This document shows, piece by piece, positions 30,088-39,362 of a stretch of 64,000 nucleotides of DNA. The notes under the pieces were generated by a model. That model had not been told where the DNA came from. It saw only the letters and a program-made list of their open reading frames with translations, and searched no databases. Position 1 is the stretch's first letter; each line of letters starts with the position of its first letter. The translations under genes were made by a program, and so were the position numbers. Source of the DNA: an uncultured virus (IMG/VR IMGVR_UViG_2061766007_000180) (Duplodnaviria; Heunggongvirae; Uroviricota; Caudoviricetes). Location: the IMG/VR virus record IMGVR_UViG_2061766007_000180; one strand, written 5' to 3'.

Positions 30088-30786
30088 TTACAAAGGGGAT
30101 GCGGCGGTCTCCGGAGCCGGAATCTCCCCTCCGAGGGACTCCATCCATAGGGCCGCCTCCTCGAAGCTCTCCCAGTGCAGGGTTTTCAAACTCCCGCCAT
30201 TCGCGTTCGCAAAGGAGGAACAACCTCCCAAGACAACTCTCCGGACGGCTTCCCCCGGCTCAAGTTCGCATCTCCGGAACGACGAGGGAAACATTATGCC
30301 GGAATCCGGAGCACAACTCGTCCGACTGGTCGCGTTCGTGAAACGGAAAACGAGGAGCCGTCCGTCGGGCATCTTGATGAGATCTGCTCCCCCCGGAAAG
30401 ATCGGGGCGAGAGACGAGACGAACACCCCTTCTGATTCCCAGAGGGAAAGCTTCAGCCAGAAGCCGGATTTCCGGAAAGCCCGGTCGAACGCGGAGAAGA
30501 CGGCCCTTCCCGCTTCCGGAAGGAATCTCTTCGGATCGGGAACTTTCCGGAAGAATCTCCGGAACAGATCTTTCCGGAAATTGCTGTGGACGGCCCTGAA
30601 GACGTGGAGAAAAGCTTTCCGGAAACAATCATCTTCCGTTCCGGAAAAGACCGCGATTTTCGGATAGGAGCCGGACGGAAATAAACGATCCACGGTCACG
30701 GTCACGCGGCATTTCCCAGAAACGCCTTCCTTCCGGACCAAAATTCCTTTCGGAACGGCTTTCCGGAAGAATTCTTCGATGGCCAT
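30088..30786 (-). CDS. EEL-motif protein
   Basis: C-terminal SFEEAALWMESLGG. Confidence 0.6.
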   Translation of the reverse strand: MAIEEFFRKAVPKGILVRKEGVSGKCRVTVTVDRLFPSGSYPKIAVFSGTEDDCFRKAFLHVFRAVHSNFRKDLFRRFFRKVPDPKRFLPEAGRAVFSAFDRAFRKSGFWLKLSLWESEGVFVSSLAPIFPGGADLIKMPDGRLLVFRFTNATSRTSCAPDSGIMFPSSFRRCELEPGEAVRRVVLGGCSSFANANGGSLKTLHWESFEEAALWMESLGGEIPAPETAASPL

Positions 30787-31160
30787 CAGCTTCTCTCCGG
30801 ATATTTCCCGAGGATTTCCGGATCGAACTTCCAGAACGCGTGGCCTATGCACTGAGGGACATGGTGTTTTTCCATCGAGATCCCCACGTAGTGCAGATCC
30901 GCTCCGATCCTCTCGTCCCAAACCGAGTCTCCGGAAAGATACAGCCTGTCTTTTCCGATCCCAAAGCTCTTCGCAACCCATTCGAAGAGATCGTCAAGGT
31001 CCTCGAATCTCCTCAATTCCCTCATGGAATCGTCGAGGGATCCGCGATGGGGCTTGTACCAGAAACCGCCTGTCTTGAGAATGTCTCGATTTATCATCAT
31101 GACCGTGAGCATACCAGATCGGGAATCCGATGTCAAGCGAAACTGTTCAAAATCCCGCAC
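30786..31160 (-). CDS. Conserved phage hypothetical protein
   Basis: YKPHRGSLDDSM...DERIG pattern. Confidence 0.7.
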   Translation of the reverse strand: MRDFEQFRLTSDSRSGMLTVMMINRDILKTGGFWYKPHRGSLDDSMRELRRFEDLDDLFEWVAKSFGIGKDRLYLSGDSVWDERIGADLHYVGISMEKHHVPQCIGHAFWKFDPEILGKYPERS

Positions 31161-31545
31161 TTTCCAGGAGAAGCTCGGCCTCCTCCCGGGAATCGGCTCC
31201 TGTCAGCCTGGGGAAGATGTTGTCCCACAGTCGGAGCTCCGCGAAAAGGATCTCCTCTGGGGAGCGGTACGCACACGCCCTTCCGTTCGCATCCGGATAT
31301 CCATCCATGAATCTGTAGTATCCGAACACGTATTTCACGTGGGACACGCCTCTTCCGGAAACCAGGTAGCGGACGACGAATTCGACACCATTCCACACCA
31401 GGACCATGGTTCCCGGATCGATCTCCTCCCCGAATGTCGCTTTCGCGTCGTAGGCGACGCATCGGAAGAGGAACTTCCGCTCCGGGCTTTCCGGAATGAT
31501 CCGGTTCCGGAAGGGATCTTTTCCGTTTTTGTCCCTCGACGCCAT
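31147..31545 (-). CDS. EEL-motif protein
   Basis: C-terminal SREEAELLLESAGF. Confidence 0.65.
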   Translation of the reverse strand: MASRDKNGKDPFRNRIIPESPERKFLFRCVAYDAKATFGEEIDPGTMVLVWNGVEFVVRYLVSGRGVSHVKYVFGYYRFMDGYPDANGRACAYRSPEEILFAELRLWDNIFPRLTGADSREEAELLLESAGF

Positions 31546-31820
31546 TACCACCCCCTCGATTCGAGAAGCATCTCGAACTCCTCGAGGGAATCTCCGAATC
31601 CCGGCGTCCCGAACAGGGTCTTCGCCGCCTTGCGGAACACGTCGGTCTTGGAATCTCCATACCACATGTAGTAAAATACGGAACCTGCCTCCTCTCCGAT
31701 CCTGAGCCGCCAACCCGTATCGGAATTCCTCCAGATCCGGAAATCCCTGTCGCTGTTCTCCGCCCATCTCCGGAGAAGCCTTCCGAATCTCTTTGCATCC
31801 TCAACCGAAAGTCCGTCCAT
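31545..31820 (-). CDS. EEL-motif protein
   Basis: C-terminal SLEEFEMLLESRGW. Confidence 0.65.
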   Translation of the reverse strand: MDGLSVEDAKRFGRLLRRWAENSDRDFRIWRNSDTGWRLRIGEEAGSVFYYMWYGDSKTDVFRKAAKTLFGTPGFGDSLEEFEMLLESRGW

Positions 31821-32136
31821 CTTCCACCTCCGCTCCGGCTCCGACACTTTCCGCGAAGAGCTCCAGCTCCTCCCACGACTCCTCCCTCCCGGAACCGAGC
31901 CGCCGCGAGAGCTCCTTCAGGAGACAGGACTCGAGCTCCTCCTCGGAATCCTCGGAGAACTCCAGGGTCCACAGGGAGAGCCTGTCCTCGGAAGACAGCC
32001 ACCGGACCTCGACCCCGCCGTCCTTCGCCGGAGAGATCACGTTGAAGACTCCCTCTCCGAACCACCTCTTGCAGACCTCCAGGGCGGCCAGGATCCTCGC
32101 CTTCCGGGTCTTGCGGACTTCGGCCTCCGGCTTCAT
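31801..32136 (-). CDS. EEL-motif protein
   Basis: SWEELELFAESVG. Confidence 0.65.
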   Translation of the reverse strand: MKPEAEVRKTRKARILAALEVCKRWFGEGVFNVISPAKDGGVEVRWLSSEDRLSLWTLEFSEDSEEELESCLLKELSRRLGSGREESWEELELFAESVGAGAEVEDGRTFG

Positions 32137-32444
32137 GCCGCCCCTCCCCTCCCGACCGATTCCAGGAAGAGCTCGACCTCTTCCCGGGACGGAACCCTCC
32201 CGAGCTTCCATTCGATCCAGCTCCGGACGATCCACTCGAGATTCTCCAGACCGTCCGCCACGAAACCGTCCGACACGAACATGGCGAAACTCCCGTTCTT
32301 CACGATCCTGAAGTACGGATATCCCAGATCCGGACGCCGGAAGCAGACGCTTTCCTCCCCCTCCAGCCCCTTGGTCGCCATCCACATCCGGACGAGCCCG
32401 GCAAGCCGATCTCCCCGTTCGACGATATCCTCCTCAGACGCCAT
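32133..32444 (-). CDS. EEL-motif protein
   Basis: SREEVELFLESVG. Confidence 0.65.
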   Translation of the reverse strand: MASEEDIVERGDRLAGLVRMWMATKGLEGEESVCFRRPDLGYPYFRIVKNGSFAMFVSDGFVADGLENLEWIVRSWIEWKLGRVPSREEVELFLESVGRGGAA

Positions 32445-32769
32445 TTCCGGTCCCCCTTCCCATGCTCTCCATCCACATCTCCATCTCCTCCCAGGAGGAA
32501 AATTCCGGAACATCTCCCCTTCCTCCCAGAAGAAGGTCGATGAACCTCAGGGCATCTCTCTCGAGCTCCTCCGGGGAAGATCCGTCCGGAACCAGCCCGA
32601 CCGGAAGCGAAGAGGAGCTTTCCGGCATGGACGCGACCAGATACGTCATGCTTCCTATCTGGCGATCCAAACTCCAGCAAAATCGAGGAAACCTTCTCCG
32701 GAACTTCTCCAGGACCTGAGCGAACCCCCTCGCGATGTCCATCTCCCCGTCTTCCGCGTCCGACGTCAT
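32434..32769 (-). CDS. EEL-motif protein
   Basis: SWEEMEMWMESMG; FRRRFP shared with next gene. Confidence 0.65.
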   Translation of the reverse strand: MTSDAEDGEMDIARGFAQVLEKFRRRFPRFCWSLDRQIGSMTYLVASMPESSSSLPVGLVPDGSSPEELERDALRFIDLLLGGRGDVPEFSSWEEMEMWMESMGRGTGNGV

Positions 32770-33098
32770 GCGAAATCCCTTTCTTTTCCCACGCTCCCCA
32801 GGAAGAGGTCCAGCTCCTCCAGCGAGGAAAACCCGGCCTTCGTTCCCAGGAGACGGGGACCGATATCCTCCAGGACCCTCTCCAGGAACCTCTCCGGAGA
32901 AGAGCTTTTCCAGGCTATCCCGAGCGGCGCAGTCCTCCAAACCATTCCGCCGAGGGGACGGGCGTACAGGGCCACCGACCCCGCGAACGTCCACAGGAGC
33001 CAGCGGTGTTCCGGAAACCTTCTCCGAAATTCCCCGAGGACCCGACCGAATTTCCTTTCGAGATCGATCTTCTCAAGATCAAACCAGTTCTTCTTCAT
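32766..33098 (-). CDS. EEL-motif protein
   Basis: SLEELDLFLGSVG; promoter TTGACG-17-TATGAT at 33134-33106. Confidence 0.65.
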   Translation of the reverse strand: MKKNWFDLEKIDLERKFGRVLGEFRRRFPEHRWLLWTFAGSVALYARPLGGMVWRTAPLGIAWKSSSPERFLERVLEDIGPRLLGTKAGFSSLEELDLFLGSVGKERDFA

Positions 33099-33258
33099 GT
33101 CCGACATCATACCACGTCTCCCGTCTCCCGTCAAGCGAAATCCGAAAAAAGGAGAAGGAAAAGGAACCGGAAGAGGGGAACGGAGAAGATCTTCGGAAGG
33201 GATTTCCCGGAACTTTTTTCAGGTGCGACCTTTCCGGATCCGGGAACCCGACCCCCGG

Positions 33259-33392
33259 AATATCACAAAAATATCACAAAATATCACAAAAATATCACAA
33301 ATATAACACGATTATAACATGGATATAACATGAATATAACACGATTATGACATGAGACGACATGAGATGGCCCGAGCATGATCCGAGCATGG
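33259..33392. repeat. Mosaic of short tandem repeats
   Basis: AATATCACAA(A) x4, ATATAACA-type x4, CATGAGA x2, CCGAGCATG x2. Confidence 0.85.
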
Positions 33393-33455
33393 TCCAAAGA
33401 CGTTTTCTCCCGGATCTCCAAGATCGCGACCGCAGGCTCCCAGATCTGGACACGG

Positions 33456-33742
33456 AACAAAGAAAAGAACCAAAAGAAAGATAAGGTATAGGAAAGAAGA
33501 AGGGAGGAAAGTGGAGGAAGAAGGAAAGGAAGGGAAAGGGGAAAGAAGGAAAGGAAAGAGCGGAAAGAAGAAGCGGAAAAGGGACTTTCCGGAAAGATGG
33601 TTTTCGGAAGGGAGAAAGGCGGAAAGGAGGAGAGTGAGGAAAGGAGGAGAGGTCGAAGGGAGGAAAGGTGAAGGAAAGTGGAAGAAAGTGGAGAAAAGTG
33701 GGAGAAAGTGGGAAGAAATGGGAGAAAGTGGAGGGACGAGGG
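33456..33742. other. Strongly purine-biased non-coding tract with AAAGTGG repeats
   Basis: Mostly A/G on the + strand; several AAAGTGG copies. Confidence 0.75.
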
Positions 33743-34104
33743 ATGTCCAGGGGATGGTTTTCCGGAGAGGATCTGATCGGAAAGATGGTTTTCGGAATGG
33801 ATTTAGGAGGGACTAAGTGGGCGTTTAACGACGAAAAATGTCAAAAAATTGCAGAATTTTTCACTTTTCGTTCCGAGGCACACTTTTCCGGGAAAAATTC
33901 CTCCGGAAAGACTCTTCCGGAACGATCTTTCCTCTCACTTTTCCTGCATAACTAAAAAATCCAAAAATCCTTAAAATTTTCAGTTATAGGCCATTTTCAG
34001 AGAAAAGTCCCCTAGGGATTGCAAAATATAACTTCAAATCCTAACTCACGATTTTTCCTCCAAATTTGCAGTTATAGACATACCTGTGTCATTTTGGCAC
34101 ACTT

Positions 34105-34347
34105 TTAGATCCCCAAACTCTCCATCAGAAGCTCCAGTTCCTCGAAGGAATCCACTCCGGAAATCCTGGATTCTTCTTTCAGGATCAATTTTTCGAGTTC
34201 CTTTTCGGCTTCTTCTCTCGTGGAAAGAAACATGTGGCAGAGGAAATCGAAAACCATCAGATATCCCCAGTCTAGATTTTCGATCTTCACCGGAACATTC
34301 CTCCAGGAAGACCATCTCCGGATCAGGTTCTTCCGGTCCTCACGCAT
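34105..34347 (-). CDS. EEL-motif protein
   Basis: SFEELELLMESLGI. Confidence 0.65.
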   Translation of the reverse strand: MREDRKNLIRRWSSWRNVPVKIENLDWGYLMVFDFLCHMFLSTREEAEKELEKLILKEESRISGVDSFEELELLMESLGI

Positions 34348-34633
34348 TTCCGGAACTTCCTTTCCCGAGACTTTCCTCCCACATCTCGACTTCCTTTTCG
34401 AGACTTTCCGGATCCTCGTGTCCGGAGGCTCTCAGGACCCGGATTCCGATCTTTTTCCGGAGATCCCTTTCCGAGGATGCCCGTCCGTACGTCATTCCCC
34501 GGTCGAAGGCTATCGAATAGCCGATGCATCCGTCGATCCGGGTGGTCATGAGCAGTCCGTCCCTGGACCTGATCCATCTGAGGATCGCGGTCTTGCCGGT
34601 CGTTCCTTTTTCTTCGGTCGCGTTCCGGGTCAT
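34340..34633 (-). CDS. EEL-motif protein
   Basis: SLEKEVEMWEESLGK. Confidence 0.6.
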   Translation of the reverse strand: MTRNATEEKGTTGKTAILRWIRSRDGLLMTTRIDGCIGYSIAFDRGMTYGRASSERDLRKKIGIRVLRASGHEDPESLEKEVEMWEESLGKGSSGNA

Positions 34634-34920
34634 TTCCTTCCCTCCACTCCGATTCCGAAGGCGTCCATTTCCAGCTCGAGCTCCTCCAGGCTCCCCTTTC
34701 CGTTGCACCGGAGCACCGAAACGGCCATGTTCCGGAGAGATTCCTTCCGGGTCTTTCCGAACGCGTAAGCCACGACCCGATTTCTCGATCCGGAAATTCC
34801 CTTGAAACCCGGATGTATCACCTTCGCGGTCCACAGCCCTTTCTTTCCGGAAACCTCGAAAACCGCGGATCTGGACCGGAAATATCTCCCGAGAACGGAT
34901 TCCATGTGTTTCGTCGTCAT
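34630..34920 (-). CDS. EEL-motif protein
   Basis: SLEELELEMDAFGI. Confidence 0.65.
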   Translation of the reverse strand: MTTKHMESVLGRYFRSRSAVFEVSGKKGLWTAKVIHPGFKGISGSRNRVVAYAFGKTRKESLRNMAVSVLRCNGKGSLEELELEMDAFGIGVEGRK

Positions 34921-34921
34921 G

Positions 34922-35269
34922 TCAGAATCCCATGGAGGAGAGTTTCAGGTCTAGCTCCTCGAGCGCTCCGGGTTCAAGGATCGTATCATAGCTGTCCGAC
35001 AGATGGAGGTCGAGGAGACTGTAATTGTATGAAATCGAATATATGAATTCCACGAGGAGCCATTCCAAACTCTCGGCGTAGCGGCGGAACCTGTGGTAGC
35101 AAAACCCTGTTCTGGACTTCCTCATGATGATATCTCCGCACCACCCGTCGCGATCTTTGCGGATCTCCAGCTTCAGGGAAACGTCCGGATTGTCCGTCCT
35201 GATCCGGGACTCCTCGAACCGGACGAGTCTCCGGCACATCTTCTCCAGGTCTTTTTCGCTTCTTTCCAT
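34922..35269 (-). CDS. EEL-motif protein, paralogue of 37136-37480
   Basis: EKD.E.MCRRLVR; PG..EELDL.LSS.GF. Confidence 0.7.
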   Translation of the reverse strand: MERSEKDLEKMCRRLVRFEESRIRTDNPDVSLKLEIRKDRDGWCGDIIMRKSRTGFCYHRFRRYAESLEWLLVEFIYSISYNYSLLDLHLSDSYDTILEPGALEELDLKLSSMGF

Positions 35270-35536
35270 TCAAGATCCCTCCGATTCCAGGAGAAGCTCA
35301 AGTTCCTCGGGAGTTCCGTCCTCCGAACCGCAGAACCGTCGGAGGATCTGGAAGATAGCCTTCCGGGCCACGTCTTCCCGTGAAAGTCCGACGATGGCAA
35401 ACCTGCTCCGCCCGTTTTGATCCCAGACTTGCATCCCCGGAGTAACGGATGTGGGATGCCATTTCTCGACCTTCCATTTCGGAAACCTCTTCAGGAAGAA
35501 TCTCTTGATCAGTTTCTCCATCTTCTCGGTTCTCAT
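35270..35536 (-). CDS. EEL-motif protein
   Basis: TPEELELLLESEGS; promoter TTGACT-17-TAGAAT at 35572-35544. Confidence 0.65.
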   Translation of the reverse strand: MRTEKMEKLIKRFFLKRFPKWKVEKWHPTSVTPGMQVWDQNGRSRFAIVGLSREDVARKAIFQILRRFCGSEDGTPEELELLLESEGS

Positions 35537-35732
35537 GGTCGCCATTCTACCACGTTTCTCCGGAAAAGTCAACCAAAAAGTCCGATTTTTCGTTTTTTCA
35601 GTTATGTGGAAATGGTTTACATAACTCGTTTTATGCGTCAAACTTTCCCCCTCATAACTCGAAAAACGGTTTTCCGGAGGAATTTTTCCGGTTTTGGTTG
35701 ACTCCGGAGGGGAGAAATGGTAGACTACGGGC

Positions 35733-36170
35733 ATGATGCTTGCGACAATAGCTTTGCTGGGGACTGCTCCGGAGAGACCGTCTCCGTGGGTTCTGGTAAT
35801 CGCGCTCTTGATCGCGTGCGTGGTGGCTTTCGGCCCCTTGGTAGTTTTTTTAAATTTCGGGCAGATTCGTTTCCGGAACCGGAAGGTCATGAAGCTCCTG
35901 AAGAGGTACGCGAAGTGGTGGGGTTGGGTGAAGGCCAGGAAGTATCCGAAATGGATGAACGTCAGCTATTCCTGGAAAGGATATACCGGAAATTCCATAA
36001 TCCTGAAGAGATATTCGAGGATTCTGGGAATAAGGAAATTCGAGGGGGAGACCGTTCTGACCGACAAGACGAGTTACAACGAGGTGGATTATCTGAAACA
36101 CCTGATGGAGGATAATGGAGTGGATTCTCCGGAAGAGTTCGACCTGTGGCTTTCGCAGAGGGGGTTCTGA
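35733..36170 (+). CDS. Membrane-anchored EEL-motif protein
   Basis: N-terminal TM segment; SPEEFDLWLSQRGF; leaderless promoter 35698-35726. Confidence 0.7.
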   Translation: MMLATIALLGTAPERPSPWVLVIALLIACVVAFGPLVVFLNFGQIRFRNRKVMKLLKRYAKWWGWVKARKYPKWMNVSYSWKGYTGNSIILKRYSRILGIRKFEGETVLTDKTSYNEVDYLKHLMEDNGVDSPEEFDLWLSQRGF

Positions 36171-36171
36171 G

Positions 36172-36504
36172 ATGGATGAAGACGAGATGATGGCTGTTCT
36201 TTGGGACTGGGCGCGTTTCAGGGGGGAAGCGAGTCGCGGAAGACTTGGGAGAGTGTGGGATCGGATCGAATTCTATCCGGTCGTCGAGAAATGCGAATCG
36301 GGATTGTTTCTCGGACAGATGCTGTGTAAATGGTGGACAAGGTCCGGAGATCCAAAGAGCGTCCTCGGGGAAGACATGCCTCCGAAGAAGTTCGACACCC
36401 GGAAGGAGGCCGTCGAATATGTCCTCGGAATGACTCTGGAAGAGGCCATTCTCGAGATGGAGGCCATCGGATTCCGAAGAGAGGCGAGGGAGAAAGAGGC
36501 ATGA
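36172..36504 (+). CDS. EEL-motif protein
   Basis: TLEEAILEMEAIGF. Confidence 0.65.
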   Translation: MDEDEMMAVLWDWARFRGEASRGRLGRVWDRIEFYPVVEKCESGLFLGQMLCKWWTRSGDPKSVLGEDMPPKKFDTRKEAVEYVLGMTLEEAILEMEAIGFRREAREKEA

Positions 36505-36824
36505 CCGACGACAAGATCGAGGATCTTCTCCGGAGATACCTTTCCTGGAGGACGGCGGTCACGGAGCGGAAGTTTCCCGATTTCGGGATCAAGTACATCC
36601 TCCATCTGGAAAAGATTCCGTTCCGCGACGAGAATATGGGGCTGTCGTCGTGGTCCTGGGCGGGAAATGTCCTGATTTCATACCCGGACGGGGAGTGTAT
36701 CCCGGTGTTCGGGGAGATGAAGTTCCGGAGGAGGATCGACGCGGTCAGACATCTCCTGGAAAGTTTTTCCGGAGGAAAATCTCCGGAAGAGATCGTCCTG
36801 GAAATGGAGGCTGCAGGTGCGTAG
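36501..36824 (+). CDS. EEL-motif protein
   Basis: SPEEIVLEMEAAGA. Confidence 0.65.
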   Translation: MTDDKIEDLLRRYLSWRTAVTERKFPDFGIKYILHLEKIPFRDENMGLSSWSWAGNVLISYPDGECIPVFGEMKFRRRIDAVRHLLESFSGGKSPEEIVLEMEAAGA

Positions 36825-37134
36825 GAAACGCAAGGGAAAGTGGGAAAGGCTCCTCGAGAGATATGTCCGGTTCATGGAGTTCCGGCATGGGATGAAGCTC
36901 GAATTCCTGGTCTATCGGACGAAGATCGAAAGATGGGGACTGAGATGGAACAGGAGCGGATTCCGCTACGATGCATACGTCAGGATCTCCGGAGCGATAA
37001 CGATACCTCCGTACATCGCGAGCTGCAGCGGAAGCAGAAGGTCCGACGCGATCAGGGGTCTTCTCCTGTGGCTGGCCGGAAAAGAGAAGACATACGAGGA
37101 GATCGAGATGGAGCTGGAAAGCGGAGGATTCTGA
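36817..37134 (+). CDS. EEL-motif protein
   Basis: TYEEIEMELESGGF. Confidence 0.65.
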   Translation: MRRKRKGKWERLLERYVRFMEFRHGMKLEFLVYRTKIERWGLRWNRSGFRYDAYVRISGAITIPPYIASCSGSRRSDAIRGLLLWLAGKEKTYEEIEMELESGGF

Positions 37135-37135
37135 G

Positions 37136-37480
37136 ATGTCGGACGAGAAGGACTGGGAGGAGATGTGCCGGAGGCTCGTCAGGTGGGACGAAAACCGTCT
37201 GAGGTCGGAGGGGAACAACGCCGAGGATCTTATCCTGGAGATGAGGATACGGGAGAACGGCTCCTGGGGACGGTGGACGACAGTGGAAATCGTTTCCGGA
37301 AACAAGGTCCTTCATTTCTATTCCGGTGAGGAGAAGAAGCGGGCCCTTCTCAGGATGGTCTGGTCGTATGCGTTCCAATACAAGTTCCTGGACCTGGACA
37401 TGTGGAGCTATCCGGAAGATCTGGAAAAACCGGGAACATACGAGGAGCTCGACCTTCGGCTTTCGTCCTACGGATTCTGA
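37136..37480 (+). CDS. EEL-motif protein, paralogue of 34922-35269
   Basis: TYEELDLRLSSYGF. Confidence 0.7.
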   Translation: MSDEKDWEEMCRRLVRWDENRLRSEGNNAEDLILEMRIRENGSWGRWTTVEIVSGNKVLHFYSGEEKKRALLRMVWSYAFQYKFLDLDMWSYPEDLEKPGTYEELDLRLSSYGF

Positions 37481-37619
37481 AAAATTCAGGCCCACCGGTT
37501 GGCATTTTCCGCCGGTTAAAATCCAAAGACAAAAAAAATCAGGCCCGGGAGAGATCCCGGGCCCAACCGTTCCGAAGGACAACATAACCAAAAACTTCCG
37601 GAACGAAAATTCCTGGCCC

Positions 37620-38048
37620 TCAGGTTCCGGCAGGCCCTTCCGGATCCTTCTCTTCCGGACAATTCTCTTCCGGAAAGATGATCGGGTTCCTGGTCCTGAG
37701 GAGATATTCCTTCATGGAATCCATCGCTCCGACGAGGGCGATCAGGTCCTCGGCCTTGGTTTCCGTGGTCAGGTACCTGGAAAGCTGCCGGTAGAACTCC
37801 CAGAGAAGCGACTGGAGATTCCCGTCGTAGGTGGCGGCGACCAGGTTGAGCTTCTGCAGGAAGGATCCGGCCTCCACCTGGTCCGCTTCCGGAAGATCCG
37901 GGTAGGCGGTCGTGTCTCTCGGAGGGATGTTGAGCGCGGAGATTATCTCCTCGTCGCTCATCCGGGAGGGATTTTCCGGGTTTGCGAATCCGGAGAGGTC
38001 GCTTCCGATCCTCCGGGAGAACTTGTCTTGGGTTTGGGTTTCTTGCAT
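37620..38048 (-). CDS. Hypothetical protein
   Basis: 142-aa ORF in operon, hairpin plus A-run downstream at 37531-37564. Confidence 0.65.
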   Translation of the reverse strand: MQETQTQDKFSRRIGSDLSGFANPENPSRMSDEEIISALNIPPRDTTAYPDLPEADQVEAGSFLQKLNLVAATYDGNLQSLLWEFYRQLSRYLTTETKAEDLIALVGAMDSMKEYLLRTRNPIIFPEENCPEEKDPEGPAGT

Positions 38049-38049
38049 G

Positions 38050-38349
38050 TCAGCCGTTTTCCTTGCTTTCGGGAATGTCTTCCGGGACGCCGGTTTCCTC
38101 CTGGCCCCCCTCCTGCCGTTCGGGATTTTCTTCCGGTTTTCCGGTCAGGAGATCCTCGATCAGGTTTTCCAGCCAGATCACCCGCTTGAACCGGTAGATC
38201 GATTCCAGCTTGTAGAACCCTGCGATGAGGGCCCAGATGGCCCCCGAAAAGTTGCATTCGACGACAAATAAGATGGAGACTGTTGTGGCCAGGGCGACAA
38301 GGACCCAGTCGCAGATGTTGATTGCCTTGGTAATCGTTTCGGTCTTCAT
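38050..38349 (-). CDS. Two-TM membrane protein
   Basis: Two hydrophobic helices, GAGGA RBS. Confidence 0.65.
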   Translation of the reverse strand: MKTETITKAINICDWVLVALATTVSILFVVECNFSGAIWALIAGFYKLESIYRFKRVIWLENLIEDLLTGKPEENPERQEGGQEETGVPEDIPESKENG

Positions 38350-38358
38350 TGCTTTTCC

Positions 38359-38703
38359 TCAATATTGTACGGGGTTTCCCGGATCCGAGACTTCGGTCTT
38401 TCCGGAAAGGAGCTGTTCCAGGATCTCGGCGTACCTTCCCTTTCCGGAAAGATCCGCTCCGGAAAGAAGCTTCCGGAACCTTTCCACCGCCTCTTCCCTC
38501 GGAAGGACGAGCTTTCCCCGGCCGTTCCGGGAGATCTTCACGAAATCGGTCTTCCGGAAGAATTCGGCGGAAAGGACCTCCTTGAGTCCCTTCGTGGTGG
38601 CCTGGAAGTTGAAGAGGAGGTTGTGCGGATACTTGGTCTGCTGCTCGACCCTGGTCCGGAACGTCTTTCCGGAAATGTCCTTCCACGTTATCTGGGCGGT
38701 CAT
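38359..38703 (-). CDS. Hypothetical protein
   Basis: AAAGGA RBS, 114 aa. Confidence 0.65.
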   Translation of the reverse strand: MTAQITWKDISGKTFRTRVEQQTKYPHNLLFNFQATTKGLKEVLSAEFFRKTDFVKISRNGRGKLVLPREEAVERFRKLLSGADLSGKGRYAEILEQLLSGKTEVSDPGNPVQY

Positions 38704-38719
38704 GTCAGATCCTTTCTTT

Positions 38720-39175
38720 TCAGGAAAGCCTCTCCGCGGCTTCCTTCCCCATCTTCTCGGCGTCGAAACGGTACTCCAGGCCGAATTCCTCGATCTGATC
38801 CGGAGTCCACGCTCTCTTCATGTCCCGATCGTAGCAGTTTCCGTCTTCCGGAAGATACGCGTGGACAAGGTCGTCCTCCCCGAGATACAGGAAGAAGGCG
38901 ACCGGAAGCTCCCAGTCTCCTCCTGCGGCGGAGTGGAATACCGGGATCTGCGTTCCCGGAAGAAGATGGAATCCGGCTGGGCCGCCGTAACCCGGCATGT
39001 CGAACGGATCGTTTCCCGGAAAAAGGAAGTTTTCCGTGTCGAAGTCGATCTCGGAAAGGTCGTCCGTTATCTGCCGCGGAATCTCGGAGCTCTCTCCGTC
39101 CGGAGAGAAGCTTTTCGAAATGGCTTCCTGGAGCCGGTCGGAACCGACGTCTTTCTTTGCCTTGACTATGCTCAT
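38720..39175 (-). CDS. Conserved phage hypothetical protein
   Basis: AGGDWE.PV.F..Y....AY.P..GN pattern; AAAGGA RBS. Confidence 0.7.
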   Translation of the reverse strand: MSIVKAKKDVGSDRLQEAISKSFSPDGESSEIPRQITDDLSEIDFDTENFLFPGNDPFDMPGYGGPAGFHLLPGTQIPVFHSAAGGDWELPVAFFLYLGEDDLVHAYLPEDGNCYDRDMKRAWTPDQIEEFGLEYRFDAEKMGKEAAERLS

Positions 39176-39197
39176 CTGGTGTTTTCCTTTGTAGAGA

Positions 39198-39272
39198 TGG
39201 TCACTCCGGTCGGACTCGAACCGACATGGGAGGGATTAGAAATCCCTTGCAAATCCTTTTTGCGACGGAGTG
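39198..39272 (-). tRNA. tRNA-Arg(TCT)
   Basis: CACTCCG/CGGAGTG-A-CCA; AGGGA-TTTCTAA-TCCCT; GTCGG-TTCGAGT-CCGAC. Confidence 0.9.
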
Positions 39273-39362
39273 GTGTCTTTCCCGATCTTGGGTGTGTTCA
39301 TGTCAAGAAGTATACAGGATCTTCCCGCGAATGTCAAGCGAAAACGGGCGGTCTGGATCAGA

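Noticed and set aside
33511..33955. ORFs across the purine-rich tract
   Set aside because: Low-complexity K/E/G/R translations that result from base bias.
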